IMG/VR virus record: IMGVR_UViG_3300033067_002491
Coordinates: 1-35,100 of that record
Strand: one strand, 5' to 3'
Origin: a virus
Taxonomy: Duplodnaviria; Caudoviricetes
Length of the DNA: 35,100 nt
The notes beneath the pieces are model-generated. The model was given only the letters and a program-made list of their open reading frames with translations. It was not told where the DNA came from and ran no database searches. This document shows positions 15,569-24,730 of this stretch, piece by piece. How positions within the stretch are numbered: the stretch's first letter is position 1; the number at the start of each line of letters is the position of its first letter. The translations under genes were made by a program, and so were the position numbers.

Positions 15569-15617
15569 CTCGGCTTGCGAAGTTGCGCAATTTCGCAAAC
15601 TGACATCGATGCTTGAC

Positions 15618-15932
15618 CTACGGCGGCGGCCGGGCGGCAGGGATCCGGCTGCAGCCCTCCACCACCGCCTCGAGCTCGGCCACGTAGCCGAGCGCGCGCT
15701 CGTAGCTCGACCAGGTCGCGATGGTGCGCGCGTAGCGGTCGAGCAGCATCAGGTCCTCGGGACGGCGCAGCGCGGGGCGCTGCGGGCGCTTGGCGGGCTC
15801 GACGCACGCGACGGGCACCTGCACCTTGACCTCGGCCGGGACGGTGATCTCGGGCAGGCTGGCGCAGCCGGTGGCCAGGGCAACCGCGACGAGCGCCCCC
15901 GTGCGGAGGAGGAGGTTCCGCACGCCCGTCAT
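15618..15932 (-). CDS. o-spanin (Rz1-like lipoprotein), 104 aa
   Basis: Start re-picked (MTGVRNLLLR). Lipobox LATGC, VKVQVPVAC, Pro-rich, ends LEAVVEGC. Last lysis gene. Confidence 0.85.
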   Translation of the reverse strand: MTGVRNLLLRTGALVAVALATGCASLPEITVPAEVKVQVPVACVEPAKRPQRPALRRPEDLMLLDRYARTIATWSSYERALGYVAELEAVVEGCSRIPAARPPP

Positions 15933-16324
15933 CGCGGTGCCCCGGCCATTCGATTGCGTTCCACGACCGCCCAGCCGTCGTCGCAGCCGGCACCCTTGGG
16001 CGTGCCGGCTGCGAGCGCCTGGTCGAGCTTGTCGGCGGTGGCAAGGCCCGTCTTGTGCGCCTTGCGCGCCGCCTCGAGGAGCCCGGGCAGCGCGGACTTG
16101 ACCTGCTTGCCGACATCGGCAGCGTGCTGCACGCCGGCGTTGCACGTCTCCACCGCGGCCGCGAGGACCTTGCCCTGGTCGACCACGGCGACGAGCTTCT
16201 TCTCGAGCTGGGCGACCTCGGCGCTGAGCCGCCAGCCGTTGACCTGCCAGCCGCTGCCGAAGCCGGCGAGGTAGATGCCGGCCGCGGCGATCGCGTACAC
16301 GGCCCACATCGGGATCCCGAACAT
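15929..16324 (-). CDS. i-spanin (Rz-like), 131 aa
   Basis: N-terminal TM followed by GFGSGWQVNGWRL, coiled coil, C-terminal Cys. 4-nt overlap with the o-spanin. Confidence 0.8.
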   Translation of the reverse strand: MFGIPMWAVYAIAAAGIYLAGFGSGWQVNGWRLSAEVAQLEKKLVAVVDQGKVLAAAVETCNAGVQHAADVGKQVKSALPGLLEAARKAHKTGLATADKLDQALAAGTPKGAGCDDGWAVVERNRMAGAPR

Positions 16325-16689
16325 CACGCACCCCTCGGCATGACGGAAAGGTCGACGTGCCCGGTGCTGGGCCGCCGGTCCGCGAATTCGACCCAGCACA
16401 CCGGGAACGACACGGCGAACCGCCCGCAGGGCTTCCGCTCCCACTGGTAGGTCTCCATCGACAGACCACACGCCGCGAGCTGCAGCTCGCGCGCGAGATC
16501 GTGCCTATCGACGTGATCTTCGACCCACGGCGCGGCAATGATGTCGAGGTCGCGCCGCAGCGTGCCATGCACGCCCAACGCGTACCCGCATTCGCGCGCC
16601 GCGTCGCGCATCGTCGGGATGATCGACCGATAGAAGGCCTCCATCTCGTCGAGCGAGTGGCAGCGATGCCAGCGGAAGACGTCGCCCAT
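16324..16689 (-). CDS. Small protein with a nucleotidyltransferase-like (pol-beta fold) motif, 121 aa
   Basis: Start re-picked at TGATG overlap. GYALGVHGTLRRDLDIIAAPW resembles hG[S/T]..DxD. Confidence 0.6.
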   Translation of the reverse strand: MGDVFRWHRCHSLDEMEAFYRSIIPTMRDAARECGYALGVHGTLRRDLDIIAAPWVEDHVDRHDLARELQLAACGLSMETYQWERKPCGRFAVSFPVCWVEFADRRPSTGHVDLSVMPRGA

Positions 16690-17306
16690 CAGTACACCCC
16701 CAGCGCCACGCGCGCCGCCGCGAGCAGCGCCTGGCGATCGGCGAGGCCGTTGGTGCCGCCGTTGATGCGGCGGGTCTGCTCGACGAAGTCGTCGATCGCG
16801 TCGAGGTTGTTGTCGCGCCAATAGGCGCCGGCAGCGCGGGCGGCCGGGCCGGGCTCGAGCAGCATGTTGGGGTGCTCGACGACCGGCAGCCCGGTGGCCT
16901 GCTCGACCTTCAGGTAGTTGCCGCGGCCGGTGGTCTGCATGATGCCGCGGCCGCGGTAGCGGTAGCCGTCGCCCGGCTCGGTGTTGCCGTTCCTGCCGAA
17001 GTACACCTTGTTCGCGAGCGCTTCGGGGTTTCGCGCGTACGGCAGCGCCGAATTGAGGTCGGGGAAGCGCCGCGGCCACACCTGCATGAGGCGCTCGGCG
17101 GTGTACCAGAGGCTCTCCTCGAGGACGGTGTAGCCCATCGACTCGTGCGCGGTCTGCGCGAGGAAATCGGCCGCGCGCTGGATGGCGAACTCCTCGATGG
17201 TCGCCGCGATCGGGCCGACGAAGATCTGAAGCCGCGCCGGCGTGGCGCGCGGGCTGACCGCGCGAAGGACGTCGAAGGTGATCTTGCCTGGCGTATTAGT
17301 CGACAT
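16689..17306 (-). CDS. Endolysin, glycoside hydrolase family 19
   Basis: FLAQTAHES, GDGYRYRGRGIMQTTGRGNY, TRRINGGTNGLADR. Confidence 0.95.
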   Translation of the reverse strand: MSTNTPGKITFDVLRAVSPRATPARLQIFVGPIAATIEEFAIQRAADFLAQTAHESMGYTVLEESLWYTAERLMQVWPRRFPDLNSALPYARNPEALANKVYFGRNGNTEPGDGYRYRGRGIMQTTGRGNYLKVEQATGLPVVEHPNMLLEPGPAARAAGAYWRDNNLDAIDDFVEQTRRINGGTNGLADRQALLAAARVALGVY

Positions 17307-18126
17307 AGCCGCTCGCGCTGTTGCCGGGTTTGCCCGCTGGGCAGGAGAAATAGCTGTCGAGGTTCCCGCTCTCGGTGTGGATCGAGGAGAACGTCGTCAG
17401 CCAGCAGTAGTCGGCGATCGCCATCGACGTGCCGCTGTTGAAGACGACCTGCACGCCCTTGTGGTCGATGAACCCCAGGTATCGCGGATGCGCGAACCGC
17501 GTGAACGACACGACCGCGGGATCGGCGGCGCCTTCGTCCCAGCGGATGAGGATGGTCGCGCCCGGCTGCTCCATGTCGATGAACCCGATGGCGCTCGCGG
17601 TGTAGTGGAACGAGGCGCTGCCCGAGATCGTGTAGCTGCCGACGAAGCCGATGTACCCGCCGACCGTCGCGTAGACGTGCGAGTCCCCGAGGTTGCGCAG
17701 GAAATCGAGGCCGTAGGCGATGATCTGCGAGCCGCTTCGCGACGCCGACAGCTGCGGCGTGCGGAACTTCTTCGCCGAGAACTGCGCGCCGTTGATCGCG
17801 CTGACGCGGCCCAAGGTCACCGACAGCGAGTTCGACAGGTTCCCCTGGAGCACGACGTTCTCCGGCCCGCAGCTTCCCGTGAACGGCCCGCTCGCGGTGA
17901 CGTCGCCATGGGTGCCGTTGGCGACCTGGATGGTCACGGTGCGGCACTTCAGGTCGAGGCTCTGGTGCACGTAGTCGATCGCCGCCTGCGGCGTCGGCTT
18001 GTCTGCAGGCACGTTGATGGTGATGTCGCCGGTCAACTCGGTGCGCGCGTCGGCGACGGCCGGCAACGCCAGCAGGGCGAGCAGCAGCAGCATCCACTTC
18101 GCCCATTCTTTCGTCAGCGCCGCCAT
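17296..18126 (-). CDS. Signal-peptide-bearing beta-helix/tail-fibre-like protein (276 aa)
   Basis: Start re-picked at TGATG with AGGAGG RBS. WMLLLLALLALPAVADA signal. TPQAAIDYV...TVTIQVANGTH resembles the cap of pectin-lyase-like beta-helices. Confidence 0.6.
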   Translation of the reverse strand: MAALTKEWAKWMLLLLALLALPAVADARTELTGDITINVPADKPTPQAAIDYVHQSLDLKCRTVTIQVANGTHGDVTASGPFTGSCGPENVVLQGNLSNSLSVTLGRVSAINGAQFSAKKFRTPQLSASRSGSQIIAYGLDFLRNLGDSHVYATVGGYIGFVGSYTISGSASFHYTASAIGFIDMEQPGATILIRWDEGAADPAVVSFTRFAHPRYLGFIDHKGVQVVFNSGTSMAIADYCWLTTFSSIHTESGNLDSYFSCPAGKPGNSASGYVD

Positions 18127-18404
18127 CAGCCCGCCCTCCTTCGATCGCACACGATCAGCGCCGCACTCGAGATCAGCCAGACAAAGAGCCCGACGTGGAT
18201 CTGCTCGCTCCACACCGCCGCCACGCTGCCCACCGCCGCGCCGGCGAGGCCGACGTACCCGAGGCCGAAACCGAACCACGCCCAGAACGGCTGCGTGCCG
18301 CGCGCGCCGTGCGCCATGCCGTTGACCACCATGACCGCGCGCCACGCGACGACCACGCCGGCGATGCTCGAGAGCACCTGCAGGACCAGCAGCGGATGGC
18401 TCAC
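18126..18404 (-). CDS. Holin-like/antiholin membrane protein (92 aa, about 3 TM)
   Basis: GTG start in GTGA overlap. Three hydrophobic segments, basic tail DRRR. Confidence 0.65.
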   Translation of the reverse strand: MSHPLLVLQVLSSIAGVVVAWRAVMVVNGMAHGARGTQPFWAWFGFGLGYVGLAGAAVGSVAAVWSEQIHVGLFVWLISSAALIVCDRRRAG

Positions 18405-18772
18405 GGCTGCCCCTCCCCGCCCTGCTTCTGTACGCGCTTGATCGCCGCGGCGATCGCGAACTGCGCGAGCACGCCGACGGCAAGCGCCGCGAAGAGCCGC
18501 AGGGGCGTGGTGCCGGGCGCGACGAGGAACGCCGCGTACTGCACGGCCGCAGCGGGCGCGAAGGGGCTGGCTGCCGCGCCGGTGATGGCGGCGGTGAAGA
18601 GCGTGCCAGCCACGCGGATCGGCGCCATTGCGGGCAGGAACATCAGGCTGATGAGCCCGCCGCACAGGCCGATGACGAGCGCGTCGAGCTGCAGGCCGAC
18701 GACGGTGCCGGTGAGCGTGATGGCGCCGGTGGCGACGGCTACGCCGGCGGCGGTGTTGGTGGGTTCGGCCAT
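18401..18772 (-). CDS. Putative holin (123 aa)
   Basis: MAEPTNTAAGVAVA start, multiple Ala/Gly-rich TM segments, basic C-terminus, first gene of the lysis cassette. Confidence 0.75.
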   Translation of the reverse strand: MAEPTNTAAGVAVATGAITLTGTVVGLQLDALVIGLCGGLISLMFLPAMAPIRVAGTLFTAAITGAAASPFAPAAAVQYAAFLVAPGTTPLRLFAALAVGVLAQFAIAAAIKRVQKQGGEGQP

Positions 18773-18774
18773 CG

Positions 18775-19341
18775 TCAGCCCGCCAGCGCGGCCGGCACCA
18801 CCGCTTTCAATGCCTCCGGCGTATCGGCGGCGGCGATGGCCGGATCCCTGGTCACGTCGCGCAGGGCCTGCTTGCGCGCCACGATGCCGGCCTTGGCCCG
18901 CGCATCGCCCGCCTCGTCGGCGCGCATGTACTCGACGTCGAGCGCGTCGAGCAGGGGCTTGCGCAGCGCGCGAAGGCGGTCGCGGTGAATGCCCCGGCAC
19001 GCCTCCATGTCGTGGACGATCGCGTCGCCGCCCAGGCGCCACGCGTCGCGGAAGGTGCGGTCCGCGGGAAGCGCATCGGCGTCGATCACGCGCACGTCGG
19101 TCGCGTCCGCCGGCACGGATCGCGCGACGACGCGTGCGATGAACTCGTCCTCGGTCTCGGCCCACTCGGCGGCCACGCCGTCGACCGGCCACTGCATGAA
19201 GAACCGATCGACCGGAATGGCGGCCGGCGCTTCGCGCCTCGACCCATCGGCCAGCACGACGGCTGCGGCAAGGCGCGCCCCTTCGACCGGGGAGACGACA
19301 GACAGGCCGCCGTCCGGGCGGCTGTACGCGATCTTCTTCAT
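18775..19341 (-). CDS. Tail fibre assembly chaperone-like protein (188 aa)
   Basis: DRTFRDAW, LRKPLLDALDVEYMRA, RKQALRDVT motifs. Directly after the tail fibre. Confidence 0.8.
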   Translation of the reverse strand: MKKIAYSRPDGGLSVVSPVEGARLAAAVVLADGSRREAPAAIPVDRFFMQWPVDGVAAEWAETEDEFIARVVARSVPADATDVRVIDADALPADRTFRDAWRLGGDAIVHDMEACRGIHRDRLRALRKPLLDALDVEYMRADEAGDARAKAGIVARKQALRDVTRDPAIAAADTPEALKAVVPAALAG

Positions 19342-20237
19342 GCTTGCACTCCGAACATGGCGACGTGGTAGCGAACGGGGTCGGTGAGCACCGCGGTGGT
19401 GCTGCGGTAGCAGAGGCACGACGCGGTGGTGGCATCGACGATCCGACCCAGAGCGAAGTCCTGGTTGCTCGTGTCCGAGCTGGCGACGATGACGTAGCTC
19501 GACGAGCTGAAGTCGGTGCCGATCGTGATCCCGAGGCTGCCCGTCGCCGTGTCGGTGATGCTGGTGATGTTGTACGAGGCGTTGATGCCGCTGCCGTCGC
19601 CCTGCGCGTTCAGCCAGGCCTTCGCCGCGCTGGGGTGGTAGTGCTGCCGACCCGGCACCACGGCGCGCACGGTGTCGGTGCCGGTCTCCTGCTCGGCGCG
19701 CGTCGCGATTTCGATCGCGCCGGCGACCGTGTCGGAGGCCGGCTGGTCCAGCGCGACGGTGTACAGCGCCGAGCCGTTGCACTTCACCTTGAGGCGCGCC
19801 GGGCCGACCACCGCGAGCGTGGTCGCGCCGTCGATGGTCTCGGTGCTGTTCGGGTCGAGGGTCAGCGTGACGCCGGACTCGACGCGGAAGTCGACCTCCC
19901 AGCCATCGCCCAGCGTGGCCACGGCGTCGAAGGTCTGGGTGTAGCCGCCCGTGGCGCGCACCGTCTTGCCCCAGTCGGAGAGGTCGAGCATGGTGTTCGA
20001 GGAGCGCGAGAGCACGAAACTCTCGTCGATGGTCTCGACCACGATCCAGCCGCTGTTCGCCGCGTTCCTGCGCTTGACGACGCCGTTGGTGGTGTCCACC
20101 CAGAGCATGTGAGCGTACGCAGTGGACGGAGCGGTGGCGCCGGAGCTGCGGCTCGCGAGAGCCTGCAGGGCGCTGTTGTTGTCGGCGCGGTAGGAGGCAC
20201 CGCTCGCGTTGGCGAGGTCGAAGTCGTTCTGGCTCAC
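19338..20237 (-). CDS. Tail fibre / receptor-binding protein (299 aa)
   Basis: SQNDFDLANASGASYRADNNSALQAL N-terminal anchor, LWVDTTNGVVKRRN, AKAWLN...ASYNITSITDTATG C-terminal module. Confidence 0.85.
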   Translation of the reverse strand: MSQNDFDLANASGASYRADNNSALQALASRSSGATAPSTAYAHMLWVDTTNGVVKRRNAANSGWIVVETIDESFVLSRSSNTMLDLSDWGKTVRATGGYTQTFDAVATLGDGWEVDFRVESGVTLTLDPNSTETIDGATTLAVVGPARLKVKCNGSALYTVALDQPASDTVAGAIEIATRAEQETGTDTVRAVVPGRQHYHPSAAKAWLNAQGDGSGINASYNITSITDTATGSLGITIGTDFSSSSYVIVASSDTSNQDFALGRIVDATTASCLCYRSTTAVLTDPVRYHVAMFGVQA

Positions 20238-20467
20238 GGGCGGCCCCCTTTCGCGGCGGCGAGGGTTTCACGCGCGGCGAGGCGCAGGCGCATCGGCCGT
20301 GCGACGAACTGGCCGCCGTAGGGGTTGCCGGGCTCCGGCTGCCAGACGTACTCGCCGGGGGGCAGGTCGCAGGCGGTGATCTGCGGCAGGTGGCGGTCGG
20401 TCGGGGTGTCGACCTCCTCCATGCCGATGAAGACGCCGGCGGCGTCGAGGACTGCGCAGCGGGGCAT
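20234..20467 (-). CDS. Small tail-associated hypothetical protein (77 aa)
   Basis: AGGAGG RBS, abuts the tail tip gene stop, GTGA overlap with the fibre gene. Confidence 0.7.
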   Translation of the reverse strand: MPRCAVLDAAGVFIGMEEVDTPTDRHLPQITACDLPPGEYVWQPEPGNPYGGQFVARPMRLRLAARETLAAAKGGRP

Positions 20468-23134
20468 TTAGACGACCTCCTGGGCAAAGGCACGAAGCTG
20501 CGACACGAGCAGGTTGTAGGCCGGGTCGCTGGAAATGATGCGCAGGCGGAACTGGAAGGCCCGCGCGTAGTACTCGCTGACATCGAGCCGGTTCCACGCG
20601 CTCCACGTCGGGCTGCCGGCGGGGTTGTCGTCGGTGGCGCGCGCCTCGAGCCAGGCGTCGCACGCGCCGCCGCCGGCGGTGCCGTCGAAGTCGAGCCAGT
20701 CGTCGATGTCACCGGTGCGCTCGTCGATCAGGTCGTTGACGTTCTCGGTGGTGCCGACGAGGGTCGAGTAGAGCTGGGCGCGCGTCTTCGCGCCGAGGTC
20801 GATACCGGCCGAGAAGGTGTACGTGCCGGCGGCGCTGATGCCGCCGTAGCTGTCGAGGTTGGCGATGCCGTCGAAGTCCGGAATGTCGTCGACCAGACCC
20901 GTGCCGACCAGCTTGAGAACGCCGCCGGTGGCCACGGTGTTGGAGTGCGTGCCCGGGAAGGTGGCGTCCTCGGTGACGCTGCCGAGCGGGCTCCACGAGA
21001 GTGCGGTCGCGCCGTCGCTCGCGATCGTGGCGGCGGCCTCGGACTGCTGGCCGCTGGTGTCCTCGGCCTTCAGGAGGTAGGTGCCCGCCTTCAGCGGCAC
21101 GAGCACGTACACGGCGTCGCCGGGGTAGCCGCGCTCGTTGCCGATGGAAAAGCTCGCCTCCCACGTAGCCCCGCTCGTGGCCTCGCTGTGGCGCACGAGC
21201 ACGCGGCCGCCGCGCAGGACGTCGAGGTCGGCGCTCTGCGTGAAGGTGATGAGCGCCTGGCTGCCGATCTTCTGGATGGTGAGGTCGGCGAGCGCCGATG
21301 GGCGCGCGGACAGGCCGAGGATCTCTTTCGTGGTGGTGGGCGACCAGTCCGAGGACACGCCGATCTGGTTCACCGCCTTGACGCGGAACTGGTACACGCC
21401 GTACGCGACGTCGAGGATCGTGACGCTCGTGCCCGACTGGCGCGGCAGCACCGTCCACGTGCTGGCGCTCGCGAGCTTGTACTGCACCTCGTAGAGCACC
21501 GCGAACGGGTCGTTGCCCGTCCACGACACCGCGGCGAGCGCGGCGACGCGCCGGCCGGCGGTGGTCTCGTAGAGGGACTCGGACACCAGGGGCGCACCCG
21601 GCGCGGCGACGGTGTACGGATCCGGCAGGTTGCTGTTCGGCGCGAGGTCGACGGTCTGCTCTTCGCTGGTCGACCAGTCGTACACGGCGGCGGCGGTCTC
21701 GCGCAGCGACAACTCGACGCCGAGCGTGCCGTCGTCGCCGACGATGAAGCGGCTGGACTGGACATCGAAGGCCTTCGCGGACCAGCCGAACTTCGTGTTG
21801 GTGACGGCGACGGTGCGGCCGGTCTGCGCCTTCCACGCGGTGAGCTTGCAGGGCATGACCACGGTCAGGCCCTGGCGCACGGACAGGAGGTCGATCTTGG
21901 CGAGGCGCTGGGCCTGCGTGCCGCTGGTGACGAAGGCGGTGAGGTCGAGGTCGCGCCAGACGCGCTCGTCGCCGTCTTCGACGAGGTAGGTGGCGGAGGC
22001 GATGGCCGGGAAGTCGGTCGGCTGCCAGCTCGAGCTCGGGTCGGTGAAGGTGCCCTTGACGCCGTTGGCGTTCTCGCGGCGGCTGATGAGGCTTTGCACG
22101 CGGATCGGGCCGGCGAGGTCGGTCTCGGTGAGCGTGACGGTCGGCGTGTCGTACGCGCCGGCGTAGATGAACCACTTGCCGCCGATGTTGACGGCCTTTC
22201 CGGCCATGGCGGCGAGGAGCTGGCCCAGCACCTTGTTGGGCGCGGCGCTGGCGAGGAAGGCGCCGTTGACCTCGTAGCGCGCCTCGGTGCCGCCGTCGGC
22301 GAGCGTGACGGACTCGTCGCAGATGTTGGCCGCGGCGATGAGCGCGTCTTCGTCGATCTCGGTGGCATAGGTGGCGCCGAAGCCGAACGCGGTGTTGGTG
22401 AGGTAGTCGGCGACGCAGAGCGCCGGGTTGGCGCTGTACGCGGTGAGGCCCGTGCGCGGGTCGTACACCTTGCGGCCCTGCACGACGGCGGTGAAGTTCG
22501 GCACGCCGTTGGGGAACTTGTCCGGCGAGGCCAGCATGCGCATCAGGATCTTGCCGCGGCCGGTCTGGCGGTGATCGCTCGTCCACTTGCCGGCGCTGTA
22601 CGCGACGAGGCTGCCGAAGGGCTGGCCGCTCTCGTCGCCGAGCGACTTCTCGATGCTGCAGTAGCCCTGCAGGCGGCCGGTGCAATCGCCGCCGCCGTTG
22701 GCGAAGGTGCCATCGACGGGGATCTCTTCGTCGTCGAAGTACACCGCGCCGATCGCGGCGAGCTCGTGCCCAGAGAGCGTAACGACCACGTGCAGCAGGT
22801 TGTTGGTGCCGCCGGCCTGGTTGGTCGACTCGATGTACGTGATCACGCCGCCGACGCGCGCCTCGCCGTAGATGATCTGCCAGGGCGCGACGGGCTGGCG
22901 CAGGGTGACGAGGCGGTCCTGGGTCTGGAGGACGGGGTCGGCGGGCTGGGCGCCGCCGCCGCCGGAATCGGCGAGCGCGCTCGATACGATGCTCGAGGAC
23001 AGCGTACCCACGACGGTGCCGACCAGCTTGCCGACCGTGAAGCTGCCGAAGAGCGACGTCGCGCCGAATGCCGTGCTCGCCAGAGCGGTGCCGACCGCGT
23101 CCGCAACGAGCGCTCCGATGATCGCGCCAGGCAT
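20468..23134 (-). CDS. Tail tip / host-specificity protein J-like with FN3 domain (888 aa)
   Basis: IIYGEARVGG, GRKVYDPRTG, SANPALCVADYL, ANICDE, YQFRVKAVNQIG. Confidence 0.92.
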   Translation of the reverse strand: MPGAIIGALVADAVGTALASTAFGATSLFGSFTVGKLVGTVVGTLSSSIVSSALADSGGGGAQPADPVLQTQDRLVTLRQPVAPWQIIYGEARVGGVITYIESTNQAGGTNNLLHVVVTLSGHELAAIGAVYFDDEEIPVDGTFANGGGDCTGRLQGYCSIEKSLGDESGQPFGSLVAYSAGKWTSDHRQTGRGKILMRMLASPDKFPNGVPNFTAVVQGRKVYDPRTGLTAYSANPALCVADYLTNTAFGFGATYATEIDEDALIAAANICDESVTLADGGTEARYEVNGAFLASAAPNKVLGQLLAAMAGKAVNIGGKWFIYAGAYDTPTVTLTETDLAGPIRVQSLISRRENANGVKGTFTDPSSSWQPTDFPAIASATYLVEDGDERVWRDLDLTAFVTSGTQAQRLAKIDLLSVRQGLTVVMPCKLTAWKAQTGRTVAVTNTKFGWSAKAFDVQSSRFIVGDDGTLGVELSLRETAAAVYDWSTSEEQTVDLAPNSNLPDPYTVAAPGAPLVSESLYETTAGRRVAALAAVSWTGNDPFAVLYEVQYKLASASTWTVLPRQSGTSVTILDVAYGVYQFRVKAVNQIGVSSDWSPTTTKEILGLSARPSALADLTIQKIGSQALITFTQSADLDVLRGGRVLVRHSEATSGATWEASFSIGNERGYPGDAVYVLVPLKAGTYLLKAEDTSGQQSEAAATIASDGATALSWSPLGSVTEDATFPGTHSNTVATGGVLKLVGTGLVDDIPDFDGIANLDSYGGISAAGTYTFSAGIDLGAKTRAQLYSTLVGTTENVNDLIDERTGDIDDWLDFDGTAGGGACDAWLEARATDDNPAGSPTWSAWNRLDVSEYYARAFQFRLRIISSDPAYNLLVSQLRAFAQEVV

Positions 23135-23538
23135 TAGCCGACCCTCCATGCGCAGAGGCACGCCGACACGGGCACCCAGATCACGCCCGCGGGCGCGAGG
23201 AACGCGGCCTCGCGGCCCATCACCACGCCGAGGTGCTTCTCGCCGTCGTCGGTCTGCACGCAGACGAGGTCGCCGCGGCGGGCGGCGGGTACGCCGACGC
23301 GCGGGCCGAGCATCCAGTCGAAGGCGTCCTCGAAGGTGGCGCCGTGGCGCGCGAGCAGCGCGAGCGCCTCGCGCTTGGTGGCGTAGCCCCGGAACTCGGG
23401 CCAGCGGTCGACGCCGGTAAGCGCCTCGATGACGCGGCAGGCGAGGCGGAAGCAGTCGTGCTGGCCGAGCTGGTACGGGCGCTCGCGGGCGTCCTCGATG
23501 GCGAGCACGAGGCGCGCCTCCCAGCCGTCGCGGCGCAT
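23134..23538 (-). CDS. NlpC/P60-like tail assembly protein (134 aa)
   Basis: GQHDCF (Cys), ARRGDLV, HLGVV. Located in the tail tip cluster. Confidence 0.85.
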   Translation of the reverse strand: MRRDGWEARLVLAIEDARERPYQLGQHDCFRLACRVIEALTGVDRWPEFRGYATKREALALLARHGATFEDAFDWMLGPRVGVPAARRGDLVCVQTDDGEKHLGVVMGREAAFLAPAGVIWVPVSACLCAWRVG

Positions 23539-24113
23539 CAGGCGCGCCCCCAGACGAGCTGCATGTCCTGCAGGCTCGGCACGTACTCGAAGCCGCGGTC
23601 GCCGGGGTAGGAGATCTGCTGGTCCTCGTTGGTGTAGCGGCGCTCGCGGGGCTTCTCGAGGTCGACGAGGCGCGATTCGTACTGCGCGGCGATGGTGCAG
23701 GTGGCGCCGTCGTCCTCGATGAGCGTGATGTCCAGACGCCCGGACTGCAGCTGGTACGGGTCGGCGATCAGGCTGCCGGCCGCGTCGAAGAGCGCGAGGT
23801 AGAGCGTGCCGGGCTTGCCCTGCCGGGCGTTGGTGAGCGCGTTCGAGATCAGCGCGCTCGGCATGCCGGAGAGCGTGACGGTGAAGCCGACGGCGCGCAC
23901 GTCGGCGGCCTCTTCGATGGGCGACAGGGCGAGGAGCTGGCCGCCGCCCGTCCAGGTGTAGCCGTTCCAGCTCAGGTCGCCGACGCCGGTCCACAGGCGC
24001 AGGTGCTGGTCGACGCCGCCGGAGACGAAGACGCCGTCGTACAGCACGGCCGGGCGCACGGTGCCGGCCGCGATCGCGGCGGCCATGGCGACGGTGAGGT
24101 CGCGCTCGCTCAC
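23538..24113 (-). CDS. Minor tail / baseplate hub-like protein (191 aa)
   Basis: LRLWTGVGDLSWNGYTWTGGG, RRYTNEDQQISYPGDRGFEYV. Confidence 0.85.
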   Translation of the reverse strand: MSERDLTVAMAAAIAAGTVRPAVLYDGVFVSGGVDQHLRLWTGVGDLSWNGYTWTGGGQLLALSPIEEAADVRAVGFTVTLSGMPSALISNALTNARQGKPGTLYLALFDAAGSLIADPYQLQSGRLDITLIEDDGATCTIAAQYESRLVDLEKPRERRYTNEDQQISYPGDRGFEYVPSLQDMQLVWGRA

Positions 24114-24730
24114 AGGGCTTCGACGGCGGCGAAGCTGTAGCCGTCGTACATCTGCGCGGGCTGGAAGTCCCAGCCGAGTTCGTTGGACGCGAGGCGGAAG
24201 ACACCCTGCGCGCTCGCGATGGTGAGGGGGGCGTTGTCCGCGGGGCTGGAGCGCAGGCGCGGCCAGATGTCGAGCGTGACCTCGCCGGCGCCGTTGGCGG
24301 TGGCGTCCTGCGTGACCTTGTGCAGGCGGGCCGAGTTGCCGCTGCCGAGTTGCAGCCAGTCGCCGGCCTTGATGGTGGCGCCGGCGGAAAGACCGTCGAT
24401 CGACAGGCTCTTTCCGGTCTGGCTGCCACCCTTTACAAGCGGGCTGGAGCCGGCCCAGGTGCCCGTCGGCGTCGTGTTGCGCGGGTCGCCGAAGAGGAAG
24501 GTGCCCTCGCGGCCGTTGAGCGAGAGGAGAAAGCCGATCCACCCCTCGGCGTCGGCGCGCGACATGGGCGGCAGCACGAGCTGCGCCGACCACACCTCGA
24601 GCTGGTGCACGTACACCTGCTGCTCGCCGGTGAAGGGCGACTCGCTCACCGCCGCACCCGCGCGCGCGCGGATGCCGGTGCCCGGCGCAAAGCCGGTCGA
24701 CGGCAGGCTGAGCGGATAGCTGATCGTCAC
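24110..24730 (-). CDS. Distal tail protein-like (206 aa)
   Basis: SESPFTGEQQV, WIGFLLSLNGREGTF, IWPRLR. Directly after the tape measure gene. Confidence 0.85.
   Translation of the reverse strand: MTISYPLSLPSTGFAPGTGIRARAGAAVSESPFTGEQQVYVHQLEVWSAQLVLPPMSRADAEGWIGFLLSLNGREGTFLFGDPRNTTPTGTWAGSSPLVKGGSQTGKSLSIDGLSAGATIKAGDWLQLGSGNSARLHKVTQDATANGAGEVTLDIWPRLRSSPADNAPLTIASAQGVFRLASNELGWDFQPAQMYDGYSFAAVEAL

Noticed and set aside
17296-20237. Diversity-generating retroelement or invertible tail-fibre cassette
   Set aside because: No reverse transcriptase, template/variable repeat pair, or small invertase was seen in the window.
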